A stretch of DNA of 62,000 bases from Malacoraja senta (lineage: Eukaryota), in the NCBI GenBank assembly GCA_038087875.1, contig CM075989.1:6696001-6758000 (forward strand), given 5' to 3'. The position numbers and the translations under genes were made by a program. The notes below the pieces were generated by a model that was not told the origin of the DNA, ran no database searches, and was given only the letters and a program-made list of their open reading frames with translations. Shown here piece by piece: positions 47,803 through 59,650 of this stretch (position 1 is the first letter of the stretch; each line of letters opens with the position of its first letter).

Positions 47803-49950
47803 AAATCGAGGATTCAATGATACTTTTTTGTCACATGTACCTAGGTGCAGTGAGATGCTTCGCTTTGCATACAACCCGGTAAAATCACCCAGGCAGTACA
47901 CAAGGGTCGCCACAATACATTAGTTTGCCGAACCATTTACCGCCTGCCGCCGCATGTGGCAACAGACCCCTCCCCCGCCAGGTCCCTCTTCATTCCCGAC
48001 AGCCCGCGGACGAGGACCAAAACCCAATGGAAGAGGGAGAAGCAAGAGATGAACCAAGAAGGTGTGTAGATATTGGAACCAGAGCCAAAACAGCCTTGAT
48101 GGATTAGAGGACATTAGAGAACATGTCTTTCCAGTTGGCAAAGGAAATGTTCTGAAGCAGGACCTCACATGAAAGAAATTTAGCAGCAGAATCTTTCACA
48201 AAACCTTTTTTTTTCCCACATGGAGAAAAATGAAGACCATAAGACATAGAAGCAGAATCAGGCCATTTGGCCCATCGAGTGTACTCCGCCATTCGATCAT
48301 GGCTGATCTATTCTTCCCTCTCAACCCAATTGTTCTCGTAATTTTTGACCCCTTCCTAATCAAGAACCTATCAATATCTGGTTTGAAAATACTCAACGAC
48401 TTGGCCTCCACAGCCATCCATGGCAATGAATTCCACAGATTCACCACCTTGGCTGTTTGTTGTACAGGGACCAGGCTCTGGAGATCTCTGCATGGTTCTA
48501 GCTTGCAGGGTGATGGGGAAAGGGGAGGGAATAGCTTATGGTATTGTTCTACTGGGAGATAACGTGGATGTTTCAATGGTCTCCTTGGTTCCATATCTAT
48601 TCTATTCCAATTCTATACTATCCGGATGCTGCAGTGAATCGTCCGATCAGCTGAGAAGGTTGTTGGCTGCAACCTTCCCCCCATTGACTAACTGTACACT
48701 GCAAGGGCCAGGAAGCGAGCGGGTAAGATCATCTCTAACCCCTCTCACCCTGGCCACAAACTCTTTGAATCACTTCTCTCTGGAAAGCGACTCCGGACTG
48801 TCAAAGCTGCCACAGCCAGACATAAAAACTGTTTTTTTTCCACGAGCAGTAGCTCTACTGAACAGCCAAATGTCTGTAGCCTCCTTTTGCTCTGGTATTT
48901 TATTTCATTCACATGTTAAACTATAATGTTTTATTCTTAATGTGTTAATGTTCTATGTTTTATTCTTAATTGTTTACGGTATGTCGTGTTGTTACTTGTG
49001 AGCGGAGCACCAAGGCAAATTCCTTGTATGTGTACGTACTTGGCCAATAAACTTATTCATTCATTCATTCATTCATTCAGATCTCCTCTAAACACTCATC
49101 CATGGGAACTTGAGATTTAAATTTCCCACCACTGTGACTCAGTTAGTGACTTAGTGACCCTTGGTATTGCCCGACTGCAGCAGTAAAGATGTTTAGCCAA
49201 AGTATGTCAATGTTTTTACCAGTGAGTGGGGATTTTGGAGCCTGGCTGACAAAGAGAGATTCACAGCAGGGTGATAATAACACAGCACAACACTACAGAC
49301 CAAAGGTTAACCATGTACAGGAGTTTTGGTCGATATGATTCAAGGAAGGAATTGATAGCTTTTCAATCTCAAGGAAGGCTAATGGGCCAGGAGGGAAATT
49401 GGGATTGTGTACGAAGATCAGCTGGGAAGGTGGGAAGCCCACCGTGTGTAGGAAGGAACTGGAGATGCTGGTTTACGCTGAAGATAGACACAAAATGCTG
49501 GATTAACTCAGCGGGACAGGCAGCATCTCTGGAGAGAAGAAATGGGTGATGTTTCGGGTTGCACTGTTCCGTTCTGAACAAATCTTATTTGGCATCTTAA
49601 TCTATCGCGTAAACACTGTCATGAACTGATCTCTATCTGTGGTCATCAAAATAATCGATTAACTCAGAATCTTTAAACCTCTCCGTGACCAAGACAGACC
49701 ATGTTTACCACTAGCTGGGTAGTTCACGGTCACGGATGAGGTTCATGACAATGCCACTGCGCTGATGCCCATGGAGCAGATCAGCTAACGAAAGGCACAA
49801 AGTGTTGGAGTAACTCAGCGAGTCAGGCAGTATCCTTAGAAAACATGGATAGGCGACATCTCGGGTCGGGACCCTTCCTCAGACTGGTTCTGCTTCTGAG
49901 CAGAATAGCTTTACAGCATTTGATTTTATACAAAGTGGACTTTATTAAAC

Positions 49951-50387
49951 AGTAGTAAACACTGCCCAGTCCATCATTGGCTCTGACCTTCGAGGGGATT
50001 TATCGCAGTCGCTGCCTCAAAAAGGCTGTCAGTATCATCAAGGACCCACACCATCCTGGCCACACACTCATCTCCCTGCTACCTTCAGGTAGAAGGTACA
50101 GGAGCCTGAAGACTGCAACGACCAGGTTCAGGAATAGCTACTTCCCCACAGCCATCAGGCTATTAAACCTGGCTCGGACAAAACTCTGATTATTAATAAC
50201 CCATTATCTGTTATCTGCACTTTATCAGTTTATTTATTCATGTGTGTATATTTATATTATGGTTTATGGACACACTGATCTGTTTTGTAGTAAATACCTA
50301 CTATGTTCTGTTGTGCTGCAGCAAGCAAGAATTTCATTGTCCTATCAGGGACACATGACAATAAACTCACTTGACTTGACTTGACTT
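49951..50387 (+). mobile_element. Rex1/Babar LINE 3' fragment
   Basis: Same C-terminal peptide as 31855; (CTTGA)n tail. Confidence 0.85.
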
Positions 50388-50604
50388 ATTAGGAGGCAAT
50401 CTAGAGGTTTAAAAGCGACTGTTTTGTCGAAGATTATGGTTTATTTCCATCTCCTGAGGGGATCTCGGTTCTACTCCACCTCCGTTCATCTGTTGCTGAA
50501 ACCTCACGCTTATCTTTGCTCTCAGTCGACTGAACAATGGTCCCACACTCTTTGCTACCTCTCGAAGTCTCTCTGTGAACAGGATCAGCCAATTTCCCTC
50601 TACT

Positions 50605-50830
50605 GACACCTACTATCACTGGTCCTCACCCTTCTCCTTCGACTCCTCCCATTTCCTCCACATCAAAGGCGGTGAAATGGGCACACGCATGGGCCCCAGC
50701 TCTGCCTGCCTCTTTATAGGGTACGTTGAACAATCCTTGTTCCAGGCGTACACTGGCCCTATCCCCGAACTCTATTCTATCTCCGTTGCGTTGACGACTG
50801 CATCGGTGCTACCTCCTGCACCCATGCAGA
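50605..50830 (+). mobile_element. Penelope RT fragment
   Basis: FSFDSSHFLHIKGGEMGTRMGPSSACLFIGYVEQ, a PLE RT GxxMG motif. Confidence 0.75.
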
Positions 50831-52132
50831 ACTATTATTTAATATCTTCGGTTTAAACCAGCATCTGCAGTTCCTTTCTATACATCAAACTCAGCTGCCC
50901 GTGTCTTAATTTTAATTTAGTTTAGATTAGAGATACAGCGTGGAAACAGGCCCTTTGGCTCACTGGGTCCGTGCTCACCAACGATCTCCCATACAATGGT
51001 TCTATGTTCTAGAAACATAGAAAATAGGTGCCGAAGTAGGCCATTCGGCCCTTCAAGCCAGCACCATCATTCAATAAGATCATGGCTGATCATCCAAAAT
51101 CAATATCACATTCCGGCTTTTTCCCCCATATCCCTTGATTCCCTTAGCTCTAAGAGCTAAATCTAACTCTCTCTTGAATTCCACAGATTCACAACTCTCT
51201 GGGTTCTCCCAATTTCACATCCTATAAACTAGTGGTCATTTACTGAAGCCAGTTAACCTTCAAACCTGTACAAGGTAGACAAAAATGCTGGAGAAACTCA
51301 GCGGGCGAGGCAGCATCTATTGAGCGAAAGAATAGGTGACGTTTCGGGTCGAGACCCTTCTTCAGGCTGATGTGGGGGTGGTGGGGAGCGGGAAGAAGCT
51401 GTACATCTTTGGAGTGTGGGAAGAAACCAGAGAACCTGGAGAAAACCCAGGCAGTCACGGGGAGAACGTACAAACTCCGTACAGACAGTATCAGTCTGAA
51501 GAAAGGTCTCAACCCAAAACGTCAACCCTTCCTTCTCTCCAGAGATGCTGCCTGTCCCGCTGAGTTACTCCAGCATTGTGCCAACACTGGAACTAAGGGG
51601 ATGGGAACAGCGTTGTGTAGTCAGATACTGGGACTCAGATTTGCAGAGGGGTGACGGTTTCACTGTCTAATCATCATTAGTGAGCCATTACGGGTTTTGC
51701 AGCAGTTTTCTGTGTCCTTTTCTTGCAGATTTATTGAACAGGAGAGATTTACGCAGACTGCAGGGTTGACAGGTGTCATTAGCAATAACCAGCAGGTGAA
51801 CATATCTACTATCCACCATGTGTTCATTGCAGACTCAGTACGCTGGTTGCAAGCTCACGTTAAGAAATTACATTCCAAACTACTATATGTTTGCATTTCT
51901 TAACAGTGCACGGGACGGAATGAGAGCCCCCGCCCGATGTGTGGTATCTTTTATGTTTGGCACCCTCCCCATTGATCCATCTGGTAGGCTTGGCAGTGCG
52001 TTCAGTTGTCATTTGCAATCACATCAGTTGTCAGGAAGAGCACTTCACATAGTGTGTTGCCAACTTGAGAACAGAGAGCGAAGGACAGTGGATAAGGCAA
52101 GCTTCGGGTCAAATATAGCACCCTCCCCACTG

Positions 52133-55100
52133 CAGGGCTGACAAAATTGGGTGAGAGTTGGGAGCGAGAAATTGCGAGGGACCAAGCCCAAGGTGATCGA
52201 GGTGGGGAGGGAGGCTATATTTGATACACCCCCCTGCCATTGATACAGAGCTTTTGCATTTTTCAACTTGAAATTGTGCAATCTGGTGCATACTGTAGCG
52301 AGTCTTTTAACTTACACTTGAATGCAATATTTATGCTTTAAATTGGATTAGCCATGAATACGGTTAGGCTAAATTACATTCCTAATTACATTCCACAGTA
52401 GAGCCAGGCTCTGATCAACAGGTACAGCACATGAATGATCTTAGTGCATTCATGTATGGAAATCAGATTATAATGAAGCACTTGGCCCATGTTGACCAAC
52501 CTAGGTCTCACTGCACACCTGGTACTACTCCTAGCCCTGACTCCAGTTGCATGCCTTCTCTCATTCCTGGCCCTGAGTCCAGCCTTACAACTAGCCCCCT
52601 GATCATAACTGCTTACCTGCTTAGGTTCCCAGTGTTGAACACTCCCATTGTCCCAGCTTTGACTGCACACCTAGTACTATTCCAGACCTTGACTCTGGAT
52701 TCACACTTGGCATTGCTCCTAGCCCCTCTGCACTGACAATATATCTGGCCCACACATAAAGCCCCATATCTGACTCCCTGGACTTAACTTATGACGTTCA
52801 AGTCCACAGGTGCTTATCTAATGCAGTAATCTTTTATGGGGCACATCACGGACCAAATTTTGTACAACAAAATTTGCTACATCCATTGGCTTCCTTGTTA
52901 TCTAACATGCTAGTTACTTTGTCAAAGAAGTCATCAATTGGTTGAACACAATTTCTCATCCATAAAATTATACTCACTCAGCTGTATAAATATTCTGTTA
53001 CCATTTCCTTCATTTTCCTAACAAACTGTCCTGAAGTCATTTTTACCCTCAATATTTTCAGTAATTTGCTGTCTTCCTCTCAGCTGGGACTTTTCCGAAA
53101 TGCAAAGTCCAATAACTATATATTTAAGCAATAATATTCTATTTAATGTGATCTTCAGAGTACATAATATTTTCTGTGGTATTCATAACACAACAATGAT
53201 ACAAAGATCTTTATTTTGATTGCACCTACCAACACGCATACATTATTATATTACTGTTAATATGTAATTTTTGTTCCAATGCTCCCCATTCCCAATTACT
53301 TTTACATTGAAGTGATTGAAATCCAAGTGAAGTTTAAATGGCATCAGAAAAATAAAACCTCCGGAATGGATGATATTCATTACGTGGTTGGTTGGGGTCA
53401 GTATCAGCACAATTACTATATTAAACTTTGATTCTTCAGATGTTCTGGTTCAAGCTAAAACTAAAGACAAATAATAACCTCCTCACACATTCCCCTGCAA
53501 GTATCTCTGTCACTCCTTTAAAATATGCCCGTTCTTTGAACAAGCTCTTAAACATCACATCTGAATCAGATTCTATCTGATTACAGTCCTTGAGGATGTT
53601 CATCTACGTGTTCAATTAATAAAACAATGAGATTGGTGACATTTATATTCAACCTGTCAAAGGAATTTGGGGGTGGGTGGGTTTAGAAATAGTCAGTGAG
53701 GTAAACAAACATAATAGTTGAGTGGCAAATGACAATAGTGCTACCTTCCCAATCTTTAACCAAAGGAAATAATGGGTTATCGGGGCTGTATGTTGTGACG
53801 GACATCCTGACACCTTGCATGTCATTGTAATATTACACTTATCCCATCCCCCTGGATATTCCGGATTAATAAATTAAGGTTTTGTCAACTAATTACAAAT
53901 CAGGCTAATTACAAATCAATAACATAAGCCAACTCCAAAACACGAAGCGCTGAGCATTGGGATCCAGACATCACAGACAACTGGCCTCAGTTCCCCGCTC
54001 ACATCTGGCAGCACTCTCTGTCTGAACCAGGGGCCGCGGAGTGTTTTTGAAAGTGGGGGAACTGAGTGATCACTGTTCACTGGCCATGGGGGTACACGGC
54101 AAGGGAGTGTAGCGACTGAGTGGGGGGAGGGTGTGGGACAGAAGGGACATTTTAAAATTTGATGTATTAAAATCATGTTTTAGTGCATTGTAGAAGTATG
54201 ATTTCAATGTTTTTAGTTTGAAGTGTTTTTAAGAGGTAACTTTTTAAGGGGTAACTTTTTGCACACATAGTGTGGTGGGTGTATGAAACAAGCTGCCAGA
54301 GGAGGTAGTTGAGGCAGGGACTATCCCAACATTTGAGAAACAGTTAGACTGATACATGGATAGGACAGGTAGTGTAGCTGGGACATGTTGGTGGGTGTGG
54401 GCAATTTGAGCCGAAGGGCCTGTTTTCACACTGTATCACTCTATGACTACATTAAACCTCCACCATGCATGAATGCTTCAAAATCAAGTGGTCGAGTTTT
54501 ATTGCCATATACTCAAGCATAGAAACATAGAAAATAGGTGCAGGAATAGGCCATTCGGCCCTTCGAGCCAGCACTGCCATTCAACATGATCATGGCTGTT
54601 CATCTAAAATCAGTACTTCTTTCCTGTTTTTTCCCCATATCCCTTGATTTCGCTAGCCCCAAGAGCTAAATGTAACTCTCTCTTGAAAACATCCAGTGAA
54701 TTGGTCTCCACTGCCTTCTGTGGCAGATAATTCCACAGATTCACAACTCTCTGGGTGAAGAAAGTTTGTCATCTCAGTCCTAAATGGCCTACCCCTTATT
54801 CTTAAACGGTGTGACCCCTGGTTCTGAACTTCCCCAACACCGAGAACATTTTTCCTGCAGTTACAGTAAGTGAAAATCTAGCAGGCAAGCAGGATGCTTT
54901 CTCCAACCACCCCCATTTGAAGGCCACTATCTTCCATCGCTTCTACCCAGTGCTTGGTACCTACTTACAGCAGCCACTGGTTGTCCTCCAGGATGCACCG
55001 AGCCACAGCCTGGTCCATGCCGGTCACCAGAGCGAATTCGGCACAGAGGCTCTCACGGCAGCGGCGCAACGCTCCCGACGAAAGCCCGGGACTCTTGCAC

Positions 55101-55382
55101 TGAAGCTGCTCCATGGCCGGAGCTGCAGCGAACGACTCACCAGCCCAGCAAACACTCGCCAGCCCGGCTCCCCTTCCACATCTGTCCCTGCCGCTCCATC
55201 CCTCCCTCCGCCCCAGCTCTCCAACACCCGCGGCCCATGCAGTTGATATTAGTTTTGAAATTCACGTTGATCACAGAATTTCTCACGACAGAGCGTGAGA
55301 AATTCTGTGATCAGCGTGAGAGCGTGAGAATTTGGCGAAATGCGTGATTCTCACACTCAATGCGTGAGAGTTGGCAGCTCTG
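52133..55382. mobile_element. Non-autonomous hAT-like DNA transposon carrying captured genomic sequence
   Basis: Termini CAGGGCTGACAA (52133) and TTGGCAGCTCTG (55371-55382), with direct repeat CCACTG at 52127-52132 and 55383-55388. Many subterminal GCGTGAGA/TCTCACGC motifs; no transposase ORF. Confidence 0.72.
54965..55114 (-). pseudogene. tdp2: Captured first coding exon resembling the TDP2 N-terminal UBA-like domain (copy C)
   Basis: Kozak GCCATGG, then MEQLQCKSPGLSSGALRRCRESLCAEFALVTGMDQAVARCILEDNQWLL*, followed by donor GTAGGT. Matches recalled human TDP2 RRLLCVEFASVASCDAAVAQCFLAENDWEME. The last codon is TAA here but GAA in copy A. Confidence 0.65.
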
Positions 55383-56854
55383 CCACTGTACAGGAGTAGA
55401 TTTTGAAAGGCCTGCACTAGTTTAGTTTAGAGATACAGCATGAAAACAGGCCCTTCAGCCCACCGAGTCCGCACCAACCAGCGATCCCCACACACCAACA
55501 CTATCCTACACACACTAGGGACAATTTACATTTACACTAAGCCAATTAACCTACAGACCTGCACGTCTTTGGAGTGTGGGAGGAAACCGGAGCATCCGGG
55601 GAAAACCCACGCAGGTCACGTGGAGACCATACAATCTCTGTACAGATAAGAACAGATGATCAACACTGGGTCTCTGGCGCTGTAAGGCAGCGACTCTACC
55701 GCTGCGCCACCTCCTGTGAAGCCAAACCAAAGTTGGTTTGCTTTGGGCCCGTGAAACAAATAGGTTAGGGAGGAGCAGTTGGCCTTTGAGCTTCTGGGGG
55801 TTGACAACTGTCGGCCGGGGCTCCCGCTCACGATTGCGATACCTCACTGCATTGGCCGGGAGCAGAATCGATACGGCTAACAAGTCTGCAGGCACGTGGG
55901 CCGAGGAATACAACAGTGCAGCAGCTGCTTCTCAGGATAGACACAAAAAGCTGCAGTAACTCAGCGGGACAGGCAGCATCTCTGGAGAGAAGGAATGGGT
56001 GATGTTTCGGGTCGAGGCCCTTCTTCAGACCTGAACGCGAAACGTCACCCATTCCTTCTCTCCAGAGATGCAGCCTGACCCGCTGAGTTACTCCAGCTTT
56101 TTGCATCTATCTTTGTTTTAAACCAGCATCTGCAGTTCCTTCCTACACTTGTGTTTCTCAGGTGCAGACTCAGTGCATTGACATGCAGTGCTACAGCTGG
56201 GCCTAGCAGGCACACAAGATCCATTGACTGCCATTCATAACGCTGAAGGCCTCTTCCCCAAGCCTGATGCAGGGTCTAAACCCTTTGGTAAAATAAAGTG
56301 CTGGAGGAACTCAGCGGGTCGAGTTGGCCAGCATGGATGAGTTGGGCAGAAGGGCCTGTTTCCGTGCTACATGATTCTATGACTCAATGATCTCTGCCAC
56401 TTTATCTCCTTTTTCACCATAAAATGTTACAGCCTCAACGGAAACTTATTAAATTATTTAGACACACAATCTGATATCAAAGTTCCATTCCGCAGCTGGC
56501 TACCTACAGGAGCTGACTGTGAGTCAGGTTATCAGTAGTCATGTGGTGTGTGGGGTTCTGTGGGAATGACTGATGAATTCTGATACCAGTTCACAGACGT
56601 TCTACCAGAAGCTGAACAAATCACTTCCCGAATCTTTGACTTTCCTCCCGGGGTGATGCAAATCACAGCTCTGAGCCTTGGCTTCATTCTCCGCAACCTC
56701 CGATATCTCTTGTTTCTTTTCAGTTTTGGTTTAGTTTAGTTTAAATATACAGTGTGGAAACAGGCCTTTCGGCACAGCAAGGCCACATCACGCACACTTA
56801 CACACTGTCCTGCACACTCTAAGGACAATTTACAGTTATAACAAGCCAATTAAC

Positions 56855-57346
56855 CTGCACCTCCTCCATTGATGTATTGCATCCGCTGCTCTAGATGTCA
56901 GCTGATCTACATCGGTGAGACCAAGCGTAGGCTTGGCTACGATCGCTTTGCCGAACACCTCCGCTCAGTTCGCAATAAGCAACCTGATCTCCCGGTGGCT
57001 CAACACTTCAACTCCCCCTCCCATTCCGAATCCGACCTCTCTGTCCTAGGCCTCCTCCATGGCCAGAGTGAGGACCACCGGAAATTGGAGCATCTCATAT
57101 TTCGCTTGGGCAGTTTGTACCCCAGCGGTATGAACATTGACTTCTCTAATTTCAGGTAGTCCTCACTGTCTCCTCCCCTTCTCAGCTCTCCCTCAGCCCA
57201 CTGGCGCCTCCTCTTCCTTTCTTCCTCCCCCCCCCCCCCCCCCCCCCCACATCAGTCTGAAGAAGGGTTACGGCCCGAAACTTTGCCTATTTCCTTGGCT
57301 CCATAAATGCTGCTGCACCCGCTGAGTTTCTCCAGCATTTTTGTCA
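56855..57346 (+). mobile_element. Penelope-like element 3' fragment (GIY-YIG)
   Basis: YCIRCSRCQLIYIGETKRRL..RFAEH..PVAQHFN; inserted in a V-SINE. Confidence 0.88.
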
Positions 57347-59339
57347 ATCTACATACCTGTATGTCTTTGGGACATAGGAGGAAACCGGAGGTCCCGGAAA
57401 ACCCCCCATACAAACTCTGTACAGGCGGCACTCGAGGTCAGGTTCGAACCCGGGTCTCTGGCGCTATAAGGCAGCAACTCTTATACGCTATGTCACCCCA
57501 TATGTAGATCAAAATGGGTCTCCTGCCCTGTAGGACATGATTGACCCAAATGGTCTTTATAACAACCTGATGTTTTCATGAACTGGGACAATCCTTTCTC
57601 AAGTAAAGTACATATTTAATTATTTGAATGTAAACTCTCCCCTATGGCTATGCTGGGACACAAGCTCATAACACATCCGGCTTCTAGTCCAGTCATTTAA
57701 CCGCGATGGCACAGCGGTAGAGTTGCTGTCTTACAGCGCCAGAGACCCGGGTTCGATCCCGACTACGGGTGCTGTCTGTGTGGAATATGCATGTTCTCCC
57801 ATTGACCTGTCTGGGTATTTTTTTACAAGATCTTCAGTTTCCTCGCACACTCCAAAGACGTACAGGTTTGTAGGTAAATTGCCTTGGTGTAAATGTAAAT
57901 TGTCCCTCGTGTGTGTGTGTTAGTGTGCGGGGATCGCTGGTTGGTGTGGATTCAGTGGGCCGAACAGCCTGTTTCCGCACTGTATCTCTAAAACTAAAAA
58001 CTAAAACTAAAACACTAAGTTAATGCAGACTGCAGTGTTTCTAGATTATTCTGCGTTGCTACTCGCAAAACACAAACAGAGGTACAGAGACCAACAAAAA
58101 CAAATCCTTAATCAAACATGTCAACTCTTAACTGGCAGCAGCCAGTTGGTATGGCAATGAATCAGAAATGATAAGACAGAGTATTCTCATTTCTCCCTGA
58201 CATTATCGCCTTTAGGTCCATTGCCTGACCCCTTTCTGAAATACACTCCCTATCCGAAACAAATGGGGCCTCAACTTAATATTAATGTACAAGATGACAC
58301 ACCCCACAGTGTAACATTCCTGAAATCTTGCAATGGAATAACGCAGTGCCAAGTTCTGACAGTTGATGCTACTTATTTAGTTTAGAGATACGATGTGGAA
58401 ACAGGCCCTTTGGCCCACCTGTGTCCGTGCCAACCAATGTTCACCTGTACACTAGTTCTACCCTACATACTCGAGACAATTTACAGAAGCCAATTAACGT
58501 ACAAACCTATATGTCTATGGGATGTGGAAGAAAACCAGAGTACCTGGGGAGGCAACACACGCAGGTCACGGGGAGAACGTACAAACTCCGTACAGAGAGC
58601 GCCCGTAGTCAGGATCGAACCCCTGGTCTCTGGCGCTGTAAAGCAGCAGCTCTACCGCTGCGCCACTGTGCCACCCAATGAATTTGTATTAATTCATTAC
58701 TATTACAGGATAATTCAACTCGTTCAAGTATGATTAACTCACACATAAGGAAAATATATCTAACAATACATATTTATGTTTGTGAGCGTAGGAGTGTTGT
58801 ATTTATATATGAATGAATGCATATTGCATAGTAAGCCTACAGCCAATTGATTATGCAGGCTTTCTATATTTAGCATCTTTTCATATCGAATTACTATTCA
58901 AAAAATACTATTCCAGAATTCACTCCAAAATAGATGCAAACAACCTCTAAAGGTTATTTTAGACTAAACTGAAATGAAAACTCATGACCAGAGTACTCCA
59001 GCTTCAGTGAGGATGTTGAATCTGGCAACTGGGATGAAAATGCTTTCATAGTCTGCACGATGTTGGAGGCGAGAGGGAACAGGCTTCTCTCATGAACAGA
59101 GGCACCCACCAGCAACAGTTTGTTCTGCTGTGCGTGACTCAAGGCAAGCAAAGGCGCACTTGAGATTAATGCTACCAGTTTAGACAGATAAACCATTTAG
59201 TTCTCAGTCTGAAGAAGGGACTCGACCCGAGACGTCGCCTATTTCTTCTCTCCATAGATGCTGCCTCACCCGCTGAGTTCCTCCAGCATTTTTGTCTACC
59301 TTCGATTTTTCCAGCATCTGCAGTTCTTTCTTAACCATT

Positions 59340-59650
59340 TGGTTTAGTTTAGTTTCGAGATACAGCGCGGAAACGGGCCCTCTGGCCCACCGAGACCGCG
59401 CTGACCAATGATCCCCGCACGTTCACACTACCCTACACACTAGGGACAATTTCACATTTACACCAATCCAATGAACCTACAAACCTGAACGTCTTTGGAG
59501 TGTGGGAGGAAACCGAAGATCTCGGAGAAAACCCACGCAGGTCAGGGGGTGATACGTACAAACTCCGCACCGACAGCACCCATAACTGGGATCGAACCCA
59601 GGTCTCTGGTGCTGTAAAGCAATAGATTTACCGCTGCGCCACCGTGCCGC
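59340..59650 (-). mobile_element. HE1-like V-SINE
   Basis: Full reverse copy; others at about 55418(-), 57705(+) and 58372(-). Confidence 0.85.

Noticed and set aside
48020..48180. Short ORFs around 47920-48290
   Set aside because: Probably a decayed RTE-like LINE fragment (AKTALMD); too degraded to call.
51705..51800. Strong splice-acceptor-like TTTTCTTGCAG at about 51728 followed by an open frame
   Set aside because: No recognisable protein, convincing donor or partner exons.
52400..54000. Further TDP2 exons inside the transposon
   Set aside because: No exon-2-like peptide (RALNSYF-like) found by eye; content is AT-rich with an old CR1 RT remnant at about 52830-53000.
58954..59196. 80-aa minus-strand ORF in unique sequence (also 61760-61969)
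   Set aside because: No recognisable domain or splice structure.
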